DNA from: Lama guanicoe
Lineage: Eukaryota
NCBI GenBank assembly: GCA_013239625.1
Contig: PNXV01005434.1
Location: forward strand, 124,001-188,000
Length of the DNA: 64,000 bases
Direction: 5' to 3'
A program made the position numbers and the translations under genes. Of this stretch, positions 12,764-26,794 are shown piece after piece (position 1 is the first letter of the stretch; each line of letters begins with the position of its first letter). The notes below the pieces were generated by a model, which saw nothing but the letters and a program-made list of their open reading frames with translations, was not told where the DNA came from and ran no database searches.

Positions 12764-15700
12764 ATGACTTCAGGAATCCTGGTGGACATCCAAGATGAAG
12801 TGACCTGCCCAATCTGCCTGGAGCTCCTGACAGAACCCCTGAGCATAGACTGTGGCCACAGCTTCTGCCAAGACTGCATCATAGGGAGTAGCCAGGAGCT
12901 GGGCTTCTGCCAAGAAGAGGAGAGCAGCTGTCCCGTGTGCCAGACCAGCTACTGGCCTGGGAACCTGCGGCCCAATCGGCACCTGGCCAACATAGCGGAG
13001 AGGCTCAGAGAGGTGGTGCTGGGCTCGGGGAAGCAACTGCAGGTGACTCTATGTGTACACCATGGAGAGAAACTCCAGCTCTTCTGTAAGGAGGATGGGA
13101 AGCTCATTTGCTGGCTTTGCGAGCGGTCCCAGGAGCACTGTGGTCACCACACATTCCTCGTGGAGGAGGTTGCCCAGGAGTACCAGGTGTGAGCCCAGAT
13201 GGAGGGAAGACAGGCAGGAACAGAGTCCTTGTAGATCTGAACCTTTTTTTATGCTCTAATCTAACTTCTTTGTAGTTCTTTCATTTACCTAGAGGCTGAA
13301 CCTAGAAAAAGAACTCCTTCCCTCCCCTTGCCAAGAGTAGAGACTTTTTTTCGTTGCCCCAGGTCAGCTCTGCATGAGTAGAGGATGCTGCTGGTGGCCA
13401 GGCGGGGGCTGGGCAGGTCGAATGTGGGGTGTGTGTTGGCAGAGAGAGTAAATGACTTAAAGGGCTTCTTGGTCAAGTTCTTTTCCCCGGAGAAAAGAGA
13501 ATCAGCCTATCCCACTGGCTTTCATCCCCTGTTTATAAAAGATGCTTTGGTCTTCTCAGTTTTTCACCCCAGGACAGACTTCTTCTGAGGTCAGCGTAAT
13601 CTCTCCCCCATTCGTGCTGTGTCTAGGTACTGAGACAGTTTGACGCTTGACTCTGCTTGACTTGAGGTCTTTCTTCCAGGAGAAGTTCCAGGCGTCTCTG
13701 AAGAAGCTGAGGCAAGAGCAGCAGGAAGCTGAGAAATTAACAGCTGTTATCAGAGAGAAGAGGGGATCCTGGGAGGTAAGAGTGATCCTTCTGAAGGTGC
13801 CCTGGAGGGGAACCAGGGCATGTCTGTTCCCAGATCTGGCGAGAAGTGCTTCCTTGGCCCTAGTCCTTCACAACAACCCTTCCAAACAAGAGTGTTGCTC
13901 TTGGTGCAGAACCAGGGGGAGGGAGGGAGGGTGAGAAAATGGACATATCAAAGAGAATCTAGGATTTTGAAGATAATCACATAGGAGAGGAACCATGGCC
14001 CTTGGCAGCCCCTAATTCCTGATTCTGGACCTTGTTGTACAGTTTTTTGGGGGGAAGGGTTGTGGGAGTGGGTAGGCAATTAGGTTTTTATTTATTTGTT
14101 TGTTTGTCTGTTTATTTATTTTAATAGAGGTACTGGGGATTGAACCCAGGACCTTGTGCATGCTAAGCACATGCTCTGTCACTGAGCTGTACCCTCCCCC
14201 CTCCCCCATTCTACAGTTTTGAGCTCTGAAACTTGGAAAGATAGCTCAGGCACAAGCCAATCATTCCTACCCTAATATTCAAAATTGAAAAGGGAGGCTG
14301 ATGCCATGTCCTTAGATATCCCCTCTCCCTGAGGAATCAGTCTCTCTAGGAAGCCTAGGTAAGGCAGCCTGGGGCCAGTGGTCTGAGAAGAGGCAAAGGG
14401 AGAATGGAAGGAAAGGACAGATTCTGTTGGACTAAGTCCCGCATTACTCCCCATCCCCCTGTGAGACCTGGCCAGGACAGCAGTGCTGAGCCTGCCTCCC
14501 CCACCCCTTATACAGGAGACCCTCAGGCCTCTTTTTCTTCTATGTTCCTGAAGAATCAGCTGGACCCTGAGAGACGCAGGATCCAGAAGCAGTTTGATCA
14601 GTTGAGAAGTGTCCTGGACAGAGAAGAGCAGCGGCAGCTGAAGAAGCTGGAGGAGGAAAAGAAGAAGGGTCTGAGCATCATAGCAAAAGCTGAGGCTGAG
14701 CTGGTCCAGCAGAGCCAGTCCCTGAGAGAGCTCATCTCAGACCTGGAGCGCCGGTGTCAGGGGTCAACAACGGAGCTGTTGCAGGTAAGAGTCACGAAGG
14801 AGCCTGTAGTCTGTGAGTCAAGGCAAAGAGAGGTTGACTCCTTCCCTTCTGACATGGGACTGAGGTCCTGATGGAGGGAAGAAAAAAATATTCCTTTGAC
14901 CCTGTAGTGCCTCTTCCCTATTAAACAGTGGAGAGTTGGTGGAGAAAGCATAGGATAACTAAAGGTACAGATGCTAAGGGAATGTCTCACTTTATCTCTT
15001 GTGTGTGAAGGATAGTCCAAAAGTAGTTCATTTGAGACTGCGGAGAAGAGCTGTTATATCGAGTGATGTTTTATAGCAACATTTCTCAATCTCAGCACTA
15101 TTGACATTTTGGGCTGGAAAATTCTTTGCTGTGAGGGGCTGTCCTGTGCATCGTAAGATGTTTAGCAGCATCCCTGGCCTCTACCCCTTGGATGCCAGTA
15201 GCATCCCACCAGCTGTGACAATCAAAAAGCCTTCCAGACATTGCCAAGTGTCCTGGGGAGAACATCCCCCCCAGCCCTTGTTGAGAATCACTAGCCGTTA
15301 GGCACCTGTTGTCTTGATGCCGTGCTGGGATTTGTCGTGCTGGGTTTTTTCACCCCACTTAGTCACAGGCAGATGCGTACTAAGCTCACTCCCGGTTTCA
15401 CATCTTCATTTCATTCTTCTTTTCTTCTTCATCTTTGATGTTGGCTTTCCGTCATGCTTGCTCCTTCCAGTACTCGTTCTAGCCCCTTCACAGATTCCTC
15501 AAGCTGGAAAAATGGCTTTATAAGTGCAAATGGATCATCCATTTATACAATAGCAAGTTCAGGCACCTGTTGCCTCTTACACCCACTAATAAGGCTGCCT
15601 GGTGGTCATGTGAACTTGAGTGTTACCTCACAGTCAGTTTTCCAGAACTTGCCCATCACAGACACATTCCTCCTTCTCTTTTCCACCTCTGTTGAACAGT

Positions 15701-18700
15701 TATTGCCCGTTAAGATTTGACAGCTGAATGCAAGCCTGCAGCTTTCGAGTTTCAAAGTGTAAACCCTAAGAATAAAGCCAAGAGGAGTAGGCACGAAACA
15801 GTATCCTGATCTGATCATTTGAGGTCCTTATTACAGCCATGCCTTAAGAGGATGTAATGCTGGGTATTTGGTGTAAGTTGACATATCTACCACCTCTACT
15901 GCTTTGCATGTTCAAGCCGGTTAGAGTTGTGTTTTTGTTCAAATGCAACCAAAAATAACCCCGATACCATGAAATGGTTGTTCCTATGTTATATAGATCA
16001 AACCATTGGCCTTTTCTTCTGATGCACTGAGGTGTATAGAGCAGAAGTTAGGAAGACCAATTAGGAGGCCATGAGACAGCTCCACTCAAATGAGGCCGGC
16101 AGTGGCAGTGATGATGGGAAAGCGGAGGTGGCTGCAAGGATTCAGGGGTGTGAAAGAGGTTGACGTGGTCTAAGATGGGACCTCAGGATGAATATAAAGT
16201 AGTTTTTAGGACAGTACTTTGTTTACATCTGGTCACTGGACGCTGGTATCAAGGAAGATGGAAGATAACAGAGGAGACCTCGTGGTTGCAGGAAAGGTAA
16301 GTTTTATTTTACACATCTTGAGGTCATGGTGTCCGTGGCTCATTTGCTGGGGTGTATAAAAGAGATGCAAGCAGAAGCACAGATTTGGGAACCATCAACA
16401 CATGTGTTTTGAGATCAAGAAAAATATGTGAAATCAGCAAAGCTAGCACAGAGGATTAGGGGAGGTGAGGTTTGAGAAAACCATGTTTAAGGCCCCTGTA
16501 TCCTTAGCAACCAGAATGTAAGCATCTTGAGGACAGAAATTAGGACTTACTCACATGAGAGCCTCTAGGGCCAGACATAGTGCCTGGCAAATAACCGATG
16601 ATGTACACTTGTAACATTACACACACACACACACACACACACACTGATGTAAAATTAAAGGCATTAATGAATGAATTGAATCATTTCCTGACATCCCTAC
16701 TTGGAGTCTCAGGGACAGTCTGCTCTGAGTTCTTAGCTCTACTCTGTGGCCTCCATTACTGGGGCCTAAGTCTCCCCATCATACCAGGGGGTGGTGGGGT
16801 GGGGGCAGGACAAGGGACATGCATAAGTGAGGCTGTATTAGAGGACGAGGCCTATTACTCCTTGACTTAACCTGTCTCTTTCTTCCCTAGGATGTGAGTG
16901 ATGTCACCAAAAGGTATGTGTAGGAGAACATGAGTGGGAAAGGACAAAATATAGTCACAAGGCAGGGAAGATTTTAGGCGTATGGTGCCTTGAGTTGCTT
17001 ATCATGAGAACTTTGGGGGTCCCAAAAGTAAAAGAAATGGCTTGGTTTCGAGGGTAGGAGAATTTGGGTAGTGAGAGGTCACAAATTGGGGACAGTAGTG
17101 CCCTTAAGAGTCAAGGGCGGCAGCTCATGATGGAACTCCTTTTCCACAAACCTCTGAACCTGCTTCCAGCCCTGATACCAGTTGTTCATAGCTACCTCAG
17201 AATTCACAGGGATTTTCTTTGCCCACATATTTTTTCAGAGGGAAATTTCCCATCTGCAGCGTTTCCCGGGGCTCAGGAATCAGCTCTTGGTTCACCTGCT
17301 TAAATCTCCCTTCCTCCCTTGGCTTTGAAACAGTCCACGCCTTGCTACCTAGTCTTCCTCAGACTTCTGTTTTTCTCAATTCCAGTAACAACATAGACCT
17401 GAGATCTTGAAAAGAATGACTTTGGCCTTGGAACAAAAACACGTTCTCTATCACATACTCTAGAATTTCATTCAGTCAAGGTGACATCTAAATTTGCCCA
17501 CATACCTGGTTCCCATAAGGTCCTCACAAACACGTGACCTTAGAGCCTGTGGTCCCTTTTGAAGTCTTCACTCTCGGTGTGGAGGTGAGGACATCTCCTT
17601 TCTCCAACTGGCATAATAGTCCTGGAGACAGTGAGTCCTAAGAGGCTGTTCTGGGGGTCTTTCTCCCTAGGCTTCTATGAGACCTTAAGACCTAAACCAG
17701 AGACCCTTCAGAAGGGAGCCCTTCACCTGGTACTCTCCAAACCCCAGCAACGGGTCCTGATGTTCGGGTACCTGTAGACCCTCTAAGAGGGCACTGACAT
17801 TTTAAGTATTTTGTATCTTTTTCGGGGTTAGCAAAGGATTTCCCAGCCATTATTTTATGTAATATTATACAGTCTCTGGGATGGAGAGAAAGAAGGGAAA
17901 ATTACCATATTTTTACAAAACAACAACAAACCATACAAAGAAACAAAAATGAGGCTTTGAGGGATAAATCTGATCAACTTTTTTTTTTTAATTGACGTAT
18001 AGTTGATTTGCAATAGTGTGTTAGTTTCAGGTGTACCACATAGTGATTCAATATTTTTATAGATTATACTGCATTTGCAGTTATTATAAAATATTGGCTA
18101 TATTATTCCCTGTGCTGTACCAAAGACATGTACACACCAGTGTTCATCACAGCACTATTTACAATAGCCAAGATGTGGAAGCAGCCCAAGTGTCTATCAA
18201 CAGATGACTAAATAAAGAAGATGTGATATGTGTATACAATTGATTATTACTCAGCCATTAAAAAAAATGAAAATCTTATCAATGTTTACACAGATGATGA
18301 GAAGCTAGTTTTTAGTCCCGGTCTTCTGGCTCTGGTGCCAGGGCTCTTTGCAGAATGATGCTAAGTTTCTTCAGGAAAGAATGTTGAAGTTCACCAGTGG
18401 GCCTGGGAGAGGAGGGAGACAGTTGTTAGAGGAACCCAAGGTCAGCAGTGTTGGAGATTCATATTGTCTGTTCTCTCCAGGAGTGAGTTCTGGACCCTGA
18501 AGAAGCCAGAAGCTCTCCCTACCAAGCTGAAGAGTGTGTTTCGAGCCCCAGATCTGAAAAAGATGCTGCGAGTGTTTAGAGGTGAGGACATACAGGAAAC
18601 AGAGTTTGGATGGGGGATTGTTATACTAGTAAGAAATAAAAAGAACAGAGGGTATGGGGGAGATTTGGGAAGAGTGGCAAAAGAGAGAGATGGAGATGGA

Positions 18701-19684
18701 GGGACATAATAATGCACAGAAGAAGATGCAGTTCAGACTTCAGGGGGAATGAAATGGCCAGCTCACATCCTCACAGAATTCCCTGCTGCACCCCTCAAGC
18801 AGGTAAGGGGAGAGAGAGCGGACCTGAGACGGCTGGTTCTATATAAGTGACTGACTCTTTGTCATTACAGAGCTGACAGATGTCCAAAGCTACTGGGGTA
18901 AGTAGCAGTCGTGACCTCTTTGAGCTGATGTGTTCTTATTCTCCCCAAACAGACCCCCACACACGCTCAGGTGCGAGGTGTTGCTAGCTGCCTGCCCCTC
19001 CCCCAGACCCACCACCGCACAGCACCTATTCCTCCCACCCACACCCTGCGTATCCTCTCCTCAGAGTCGTAAGACCCACACATCCGTGCTCACCTGCTGG
19101 TGTTGTGCCTTTTGCTCACAGTGGACGTGACTCTGAATCCACACACGGCCAACTTAAATCTCGTCCTGTCCAAGAACCGGAGGCAGGTGAGATTTGTGGG
19201 TGCTCAGGTGTCCGGGTCTCACCTGGAAGAGCATCATGCCTGTGGTGTCCTGGGCTCTCAGCACTTCTCCTCAGGGAAGCATTACTGGGAGGTCGATGTG
19301 ACCAAGAAGACCGACTGGATCCTGGGTGTGTGCGGTGATTCTGCAGGACCTGCATTCTCTTTCAGCCAGTTTGCCCACAGTCGGAATGTGTACTCCCGAT
19401 ACCAACCTCAGAGTGGATACTGGGTGATCGGGTTACATCATAAACACGAATACCGAGCCTACGAGGACTCGTCCACTTCCCTGCTCCTCTCCATGACAGT
19501 GCGTCCCCGCCGTGTTGGGGTCTTCTTAGACTATGAGGCTGGCACGGTCTCCTTTTATAACGTCACCAACCATGGCTTCCCCATCTACACCTTCTCTAAA
19601 TATTACTTTCCTACCACGCTTTGTCCATATTTTAATCCCTGCAACTGTGTAGTCCCGATGACCCTGCGTCGCCCAAGTCCTTGA
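12764..19684 (+). CDS. TRIM6: TRIM6, RING/B-box2/coiled-coil/SPRY E3 ligase, 487 aa
   Basis: Exons with AG/GT and consistent phase: 12764-13186, 13680-13775, 14554-14784, 16891-16913, 18481-18581, 18871-18897, 19122-19684 (1464 nt, open). [32 protein letters not shown]...; [31 protein letters not shown]...PMTLRRPSP matches TRIM6. Confidence 0.95.
14043..14207 (-). mobile_element. tRNA-derived SINE (Vic-1-like) in TRIM6 intron 3
   Basis: Reverse complement gggggagggtacagctcagtgacagagcatgtgcttagcatgcacaaggtcctgggttcaatccccagtacctc; TSD t(g/c)tacagtttt. Confidence 0.85.
15076..15293 (+). mobile_element. MER20 DNA transposon (hAT-Charlie)
   Basis: ttctcaatctcagcactattgacattttgggctgga...gatgtttagcagcatccctggcctctacc...ccagacattgccaagtgtcctgggg...gttgagaatcact. 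Confidence 0.85.
17979..18274 (-). mobile_element. Short 5'-inverted (twin-primed) L1 insertion in TRIM6 intron 5
   Basis: Poly(T) plus L1 3' end on minus (17979-18120) abuts L1 sequence on plus (18121-18274). TSD aaatct(g/t)atcaa at 17966-17977 and 18271-18282. Confidence 0.8.
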
Positions 19685-20779
19685 ACTTTCTGCTGTTCGC
19701 ACCCGCATCCGAGCAGTACCCTGTACTCTGGGGCTCACCTGCATTTGTCTTTCCTTTTTTACCTTCCATTTCCTTGTGTTATCACTCCTTTCCCTTTGAA
19801 CATTTACTCAATGCTGGAGTTGAGTAACCCAACAGTGATAGTGAACATCCTTGACTGATTAATTACAGATTGTGAGATGGGTGAGGGGATGCTTTCAACA
19901 ATTTACCATTAAGCATGGTGTTTGATGGAGATTTTTCTTTGCTGAGGCATGGAATCAAATTTAGGAAGTTCTCTCCTATTAATTTGATGTCAGTTTTTGT
20001 ACTGAATGGAAAATTGAAGTTCAATAGACGTTGTCTCTAATTATTGAGATAATCAGATGTCATCTTTATTCTATTATTGGAGTACATTGATTTGTTTCAG
20101 TTTCTAAATCCAATACAGATTTCTGAAATAAACCACTACTGTTTATGTGCAATACTGGATTCGTTTGTGCTAATACATTGTTTGGATTTTATTTTCATCT
20201 CCATTTATGAAAGAAATTGACCTGTAATTTTACACTCTTGTAACATCGTTGTCAGGTTTTGTAAAGTGCAATACATGAGAAAAAAATTGCTGTATTTTTG
20301 TACAAGTATGTAGAGAATTGAGTGCTATAAACCATTATAGTGTTAATTTTCATAGCTTTAAATTTGAATTAGTGAGATTCTAACTTCCCTTTTCTAACTA
20401 CAATCTTCATGGATCTTAAAAACCTAAGGTAGTAAGTGGAAAAAAAAATGTTTTTTTAATCTTCCAAATACCTTGAAGTGAAAACAGAAAAGAGGAAAAT
20501 GATCAATTCGATACAGATTTTTTTTCTCCCAGAATGGGAGGAAAATGTGAAGAGAAAATGGTTAATATAAAGCACTTTTAGGAAGAGAATGATTTCTTTT
20601 AACTCTTGTACCTCCTTTTTTTTTTTTTTTTTGTACCTCCTTTTCTTCGTACTCAAACATGAACAGCTCGTTAATGAGCTGCTTTGACTTTGGTAGAGAG
20701 GTGCTACATGCTTTTTGAGCCAACTATAAAAGAAATGAGGTGGATGTGAAGGTGGAAATGAAAGTCAAGGAGTTGACTA

Positions 20780-21085
20780 GAGCTGGCTGTCCATCATGGT
20801 AGCCAGGAGCCGTCAGTGGCTGTTGAGCACCTCAGACGTGCCCAGTCAGAATTGGGATGCACTGTACGTATAAAATGCACACTGGATTTTGAAAACTTAG
20901 TTCAAAAAATAAAGTAAAATACCTTGATAATAACTTTTATATTGTTGATTGCAGCGATAATACCTTGGATATATTGGATGAAATAAAATATATGTTAACT
21001 TTACCTGCTTCATTTGATTTTTTGGAAGTAGAGACTAGAAAATTTTTAATTACATATGTGACTGACATTGCATTTCTATCAGATA
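20780..21085. mobile_element. MER33-like hAT-Charlie element, opposite orientation to the 9.8 kb copy
   Basis: ctgtccatcatggtagcc...ttgagcacctcagacgtg...aaatgcacactggattttgaaaacttagt...actagaaaatttttaattacatatgtg. Confidence 0.65.
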
Positions 21086-22554
21086 CTTCTTCCTGTAATG
21101 CAATTTTATCCCCAGGGGCCCTAGTGGAAGGCAGAGATGTTTATTTCTAGAGGGACTCCCTGCCCCTCAGAGGCATATCTGTAGCAGAAGATAATGGCAG
21201 GGAGAATTGGATCTCAGTACATCTAGAAATTCACAATTTGGAAGATCACAGGAAGAGTTCATGGCCAGAGCGTATGACTGCCTTGTCTGGTCCCTATCTT
21301 CAGCCCTTAATCTGTTGGACACTTGGCATTCCTTCATGGTTTAGTTCATCCACTGGGCTCGGCGCTGGTGTCTGATGAGATAAAGTTTACAGCCAAAGCC
21401 CAGGACTGGTTTGGTCTAGGGTAGGGTTTTGTTTGGGAGGCAGAGGCCAAATGCACACTCCTCACCCTAATTTGCACTTCAATTGGAAGAAATGTGAAAG
21501 GAGAGAGAGCAGGCAACCCAGTGTTCGTGGAGCTGGTGGAAGCTGGGGGATCAGAGGTGATGGTTATGAGAATCTGAGTAATTGCTCCCTTCCCACTTAT
21601 TTTCTCATATAATAAATTCCAGGCAAAAGGAGTTGGCTTAGCTGTCCGCTACCTGCGGAGGTATCCAGTGGATGACCTCAGATAATATGGAAAGACAAAG
21701 TACTTGCTAGAACCGTGTAGGTGAGATTTGGGGAAGTTTGCTCAATCCGAGATTTGGGGGAGAATTAAATTCCTTGGAATGAGTTTGCAGCCCTGACTTC
21801 CTCCTAGGCCGTTGGGGGATTTGGGCAGAGGCCTGCTGGCTTTGATGGTTTTGCAGTAGATTGAACTGCTATGAAAAAAGTATATTCAAAAGTATATAGT
21901 GAATCAGATACTAAAGACATTAGTTTCTTTTTCATGTAAAAATCTGCTATGAGTGCAACTAGCAGGTGAGTGGCACTGTTCCCTGTGGGATTCAGAGTCC
22001 AATATCTTTTATTTTTTAATCTGTGACTCCTCCATTCCCTAGGACAGTGTTCTCAGCATTCAGCCAGCAGAACGATAAAGAAAACAGAAGGCAATTTGCC
22101 TCCTAAATCTTTAGTTAATATATGGGATTCATAATTTCTGCTCATTTTCTGTTGCTGAGAATAACCAAGTGGACTCATCTATCTGCAAGGAAGATTGTAG
22201 AAATGTCTAGCCATACCCAATTATGTACAACCGAATTTCAAAGGAAGGGAAACACAGATTTTGGTGGAGACCTAGTGGTCTATTACACAGATCCCAGGAG
22301 TGCCTGGAACTTTAAGGAACTCCTTTTTCCCATCACAGAAAACCCAGAGTCTCTGCTTTAGTTTCTGGGGCTGTGGTTGTTCTGTCCTGTGGCCTAAGGC
22401 TCATAAAGAAAAGAGAAGAGTAATGCTGTCACCAGAGCTCTAGGCAAGTGGTGTAATTGTCCTGACACCTCCCAAGCTGGCTCGCTAGGGCCGGCATTTA
22501 CACTTGATTCTAGTTTAAAGGGAATCTGGGGAGTTGGGGGGAAGGAGCTTCTAA

Positions 22555-24260
22555 AGTATCTTCATTGTGGTATACTGACATACAGTAAATTGCATAAAGT
22601 ATACAATTTGATGAGTTTTGACTTGTGAAACCATCATCACCATCAGAAAAAGATATCCACCCCCCTCAAAAGTTTCCCCTGCTCCTTTGTAATACCTCCT
22701 TTCTGTTCCCTCCCCTAACCCCATCTTCTAGCAAACCCTGTTCTGTGTTTTGTCACTATAGTTTGCATTTTATAGAGTTTTATATAAATGGAATCATACA
22801 GGATTACTGCCTGGTTTCTTTTATTCACCAGGTTTTTGCATATATCAAGAATCTACTCCTTTTAATTGCCAAATAGTATTCCATTGTGTGGATATACAAT
22901 AATTTCATTCACCTATTGATGGAAATTTGGGTTGCTTCTAGTTTGGGGCCATTACAAATATGGCTGTTATAAACACTTATCGTAGAATTTTTCCAATGAG
23001 CATATGCTTTCATTTCTTGGATAAACACCTAGTAGTAGTGGAATAGGTTATATGGGAGATACTATATAGGTAATTTTTTTTTGAAAATGCCAAACAATTT
23101 TCGAAAGTGATTATACCATTTTATGTCTGCCCTATTGGTGCAGAAGTTGCTCTGCATCCTTGCCATAATCTGGTTTGATCGGTCTTTAATTTTATTTAAG
23201 CTCTTTTTTCTTGTGATTTTGGCTGTTTGCACTTTTTTTAGGTTTTTAAATTTTTATTATTTTAATTTTAAATGTTCTAATAGATGTGTAGTGGGATATC
23301 TCACTGTGGCTTTAATTTGAATTTCTCTAAAGCCTAGGGATGTTTAGCTAGCTTGCTTGCTTGCTTTCTTGCTTGCTTTCTTTTTTTCTTTCTTTCTTTG
23401 TCATCTGCATAGCTTCTTTGATGAAATGTCTTTTCAAGTCTTTTGCTAATTTTTTTAAAAAATTGGATTGCTTATTTTCTTGTTACTGAGTTTGAAGAAC
23501 TTTTTATACATTCTTGATATAAGCCCCTCATTCTGTATCTGCCTTGCATATATCATCTCTCGGTATGCGCTTTGCCTATTCATTCTCTTAATAGTCTTTC
23601 AGAGAACAGAAGTTCTTAATTTTGATAATGTCTAACTTAGCAAATTTTTCTTTTATGGGTCATGCTTTTGATGTTTTATCTAAGAACTTTTTCCTAACAA
23701 AAGGTCATGAAGAATTTTTCCTTAGTTTTCTTCTAGATATTTTATATAATTTGGATTTTATACTAAGTCTATGAACCACTTTGCAATTTTGTTTTTTAAG
23801 TAGTGCAAAGTAGGAGATCAAAATCCATCTCTTTGTATTTGGATCCAGTTTTTCCAGCACTATTTTTTTTGGAGGGGGGGACAATAGGTTTATTTATTTA
23901 CTATTATTTTTTATTTAACAGACGTACTGGGGATCGAACCCATGACCTCATGCATGGTAGGCATGTGCTCTACCACTGTGCTATACCCTCCCCCCCATTC
24001 CAGCACTATTTGTTGAAAAGATTCTCCTTTCCCACTGAATTGGCTTTACACCTTCATCATGTCTCAGTTGATCATATATATGTGAGTCTATTTCTGGACT
24101 CTCTTCTTTTCCATTCATCTACTTGTCTATCTTTGCATCAATATTGTATATATTGATTACTGTGGCTTCATAATAAGTCTTGAAATAAGTTAGTATAAGT
24201 TTTCTAACTTTTGGTTCATTTTCAAATTTGCTTTGTCTCTTCTGTCTTTTGTATTCCTAT
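22555..24260 (-). mobile_element. Old LINE-1 3' portion (L1M type) containing a SINE
   Basis: T-rich antisense L1 text (tataaatggaatcatacag; tattccattgtgtggatatac; ccagcactatttgttgaaaagattctcctttccc). Confidence 0.8.
23862..23996 (-). mobile_element. tRNA-derived SINE (Vic-1-like) inserted in L1
   Basis: gtactggggatcgaacccatgacctcatgcatggtaggcatgtgctctaccactgtgctataccctccccc; TSD ttccagcactattt on both sides. Confidence 0.85.
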
Positions 24261-24769
24261 GTGGTGCTGTGCCTTGGTTGACCTCATTGTGATCTCCCTC
24301 CTTATGGCCTTTTATTCATTCATCTATCCTAAATTTTCTGAATGAATACTGGCATCCAAGAAGACAAAATGGAAGTTACAAGGTCCAATACCCTGAATTT
24401 CACACATCACTTCAAACCTATTCTGTTGGTCAAAGCAAGACAAAAGTCCACCTCATATTCAGGGTGCTGGAGAACAGACTACACCTCATGTATGGGGGAT
24501 GCCATGTCTGTACAGCAGACGGAAGAATGATTGGCAGCCATTTTTGCAGGTACTCAGCCACATGTGATACACAATCAGATTGACAAAGTTCAAAAGCTTG
24601 ACAACATACTCTGCTGGCAAAATTATGAGAAAAAAGGCACTCATATTTTGCTAGTAGCAATCAAAAATGGTGCAGTCACTGTGGAGGGAATCTTCAATAA
24701 CCAATAAAACTATAAATGCATGTACTCTTTGACCAAGGTAATTGCACTGCTAGTAACTAACCATGAGAC

Positions 24770-25130
24770 TTATTAGCAGAGCTATCCAACTGAAGAAGAG
24801 AGAGAGAGAAAAAAAAAGACAGAGAGAGAGAGATTCTCCATACTGATGAAACCGTATCAAAATATCTAACATATGTGTGGTTGGGAACATAAAATGAAAT
24901 GAGAGAGAGAATGAGACAGAAAAAAACTTTTGACAATAATAACTACTGAAATTTTCCAAATTAGGCACAAATCATAAATTTAGAGATTCAAAAAGCTCAG
25001 TGAACCTGAAAGAGGATAAAAACAAAAAAAAAGTATGCCTGGCTACATCATACTCATACTGAAAATTAAGATAAATTGAAAAATCTTAAATGCAGCCAAA
25101 GGAGGCAGGGGAATGAAATACAAATGTCCA
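24770..25130 (+). mobile_element. L1 ORF1-region fragment
   Basis: tctaacatatgtgtggttggg...gaaattttccaaa...agattcaaaaagctcagtgaacc...aaaatcttaaatgcagcca resembles degenerate ORF1 (ENFP...IQEAQ...KILKAA). Confidence 0.6.
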
Positions 25131-26794
25131 AGGTAATCAAAACGCACACCTCTTCTACGAGTTATTCTGCAGGTACATGTCAATTCCCTTTGTTAACAGG
25201 TAAGTGTTACTACCTGTGAAATGTGAAACTTATGAAAACCCAGGGGATGAATGTAACTTCCATGCACTTTTTTTTCAAGAGGAGCCAAATTTTACAAATC
25301 ATTGCACATGTTTATTATAAGCCTTCACATTCCTGGTGAAAACATGGTTCACATTCATTAAAATGGAACTGTAGCATTTTATTGGACATGGCTGTCTTCT
25401 CAGAAGGTGTCCTCTGGGCTCATTACACCTGCAACATTTTACTAGCTCTGTCTGCTTACATATCCACCATTCTCTCAAACCATGAACCTAGTAAGGACCC
25501 AGTTGCACAGCACAATGCCTGAAAAACAGTCACTGCTCAAAATGTGCTTGTTGAATGAATAAGCTAATGAATGAAGAAAAGTGTACATTAGGAAGTAAAT
25601 GACAAAATTACGTGTTAATTTCTATCAGCTGAAGAATCTTCCAAATATCAAGGACTGCAACCCTGTGCCCTTCAGCAATAACGTCTTCCTTTTTCCAGTT
25701 TCAGTTCTTTCTAAGCTTAGCTCCCCAAGGTGTGAGCATGAAGGATGCCTCTTCTCAGCCACACAAGCCCTGCCTGTTACCTCTCAAAGTTCTCACAACC
25801 CCCTTCACAAGAGAACAAACTGGATGTGGTGAAGTCAGATGGTTCCAAACTCATTTTTACCAATTGTTGGTTGGGAAATTTGGCAAGGGATTCATATTCT
25901 CTGAGTTTCATTTTCCTTAGGTGTGAAATAGACATAACATCCACTTCGTCAAGTAGATAATCTACTCCCTAAATGGACAGTATATAACTTGCTGCATGCA
26001 ATATGCATGCTACAGTCCCTGGCATAAGACAATGCTTACTAAATACCAGTTTAATTCTTTTGTGATTATATTACATTCAGATATATTCTCTTCCTGGAGC
26101 GTGACTATCCTTTTAGCATCAAACTCTTCAGTCAATTACTATTCTAATAAACCCCCGCAGGTCATCATTCTACATTAGAGTAATTGTTGTAAACTACTAG
26201 CTTCAAGACATCAGATGGCTACCCTCCATGTAAAAGATGAAATGTAAGTGTTAAGCTGTGATCGGTCAGGAAAATCTGTCCACATAACCCCCTATGCACA
26301 CTAGGTACATTTTGCCCTTCGCTGGTGATGTCATGACCTTCCTGGATATTTACCTTGCAGTGATCTCTATATTTGTGTTATGCTGCTTCACTTCTCTTTT
26401 CATTCATAATTTATTATGAACTCATCATTTTCAAAGTCACGTTCAAGTATCATCATCTTCTTGCACTCTTTCCAGGTATGCATCCTGATTTATTCTCTGT
26501 ATTCATTTTCCTCTATTTGAAAGTGAAATACATACCATAGCACCTCTTACTTTGACTAGTTGGAGGTAAGTGTAACTGGCTGTACTCACGGGGATGCAGA
26601 CCCTATCCTTTCATCTTTGCACACTTCCCATTAGCTGCATGTCAAAGAAGATGGAGAGTATGCTATGCCCAGAGCTCCTGATATCTTCTCAAAATATACT
26701 AGCATAGTACTTCTTACTAATATATTTAAAAGAATATGTATTTTCCTCTATCTCTGTGAACAGGAAGTGAGGTCCCAGGTCATCTGCTCCAGGT

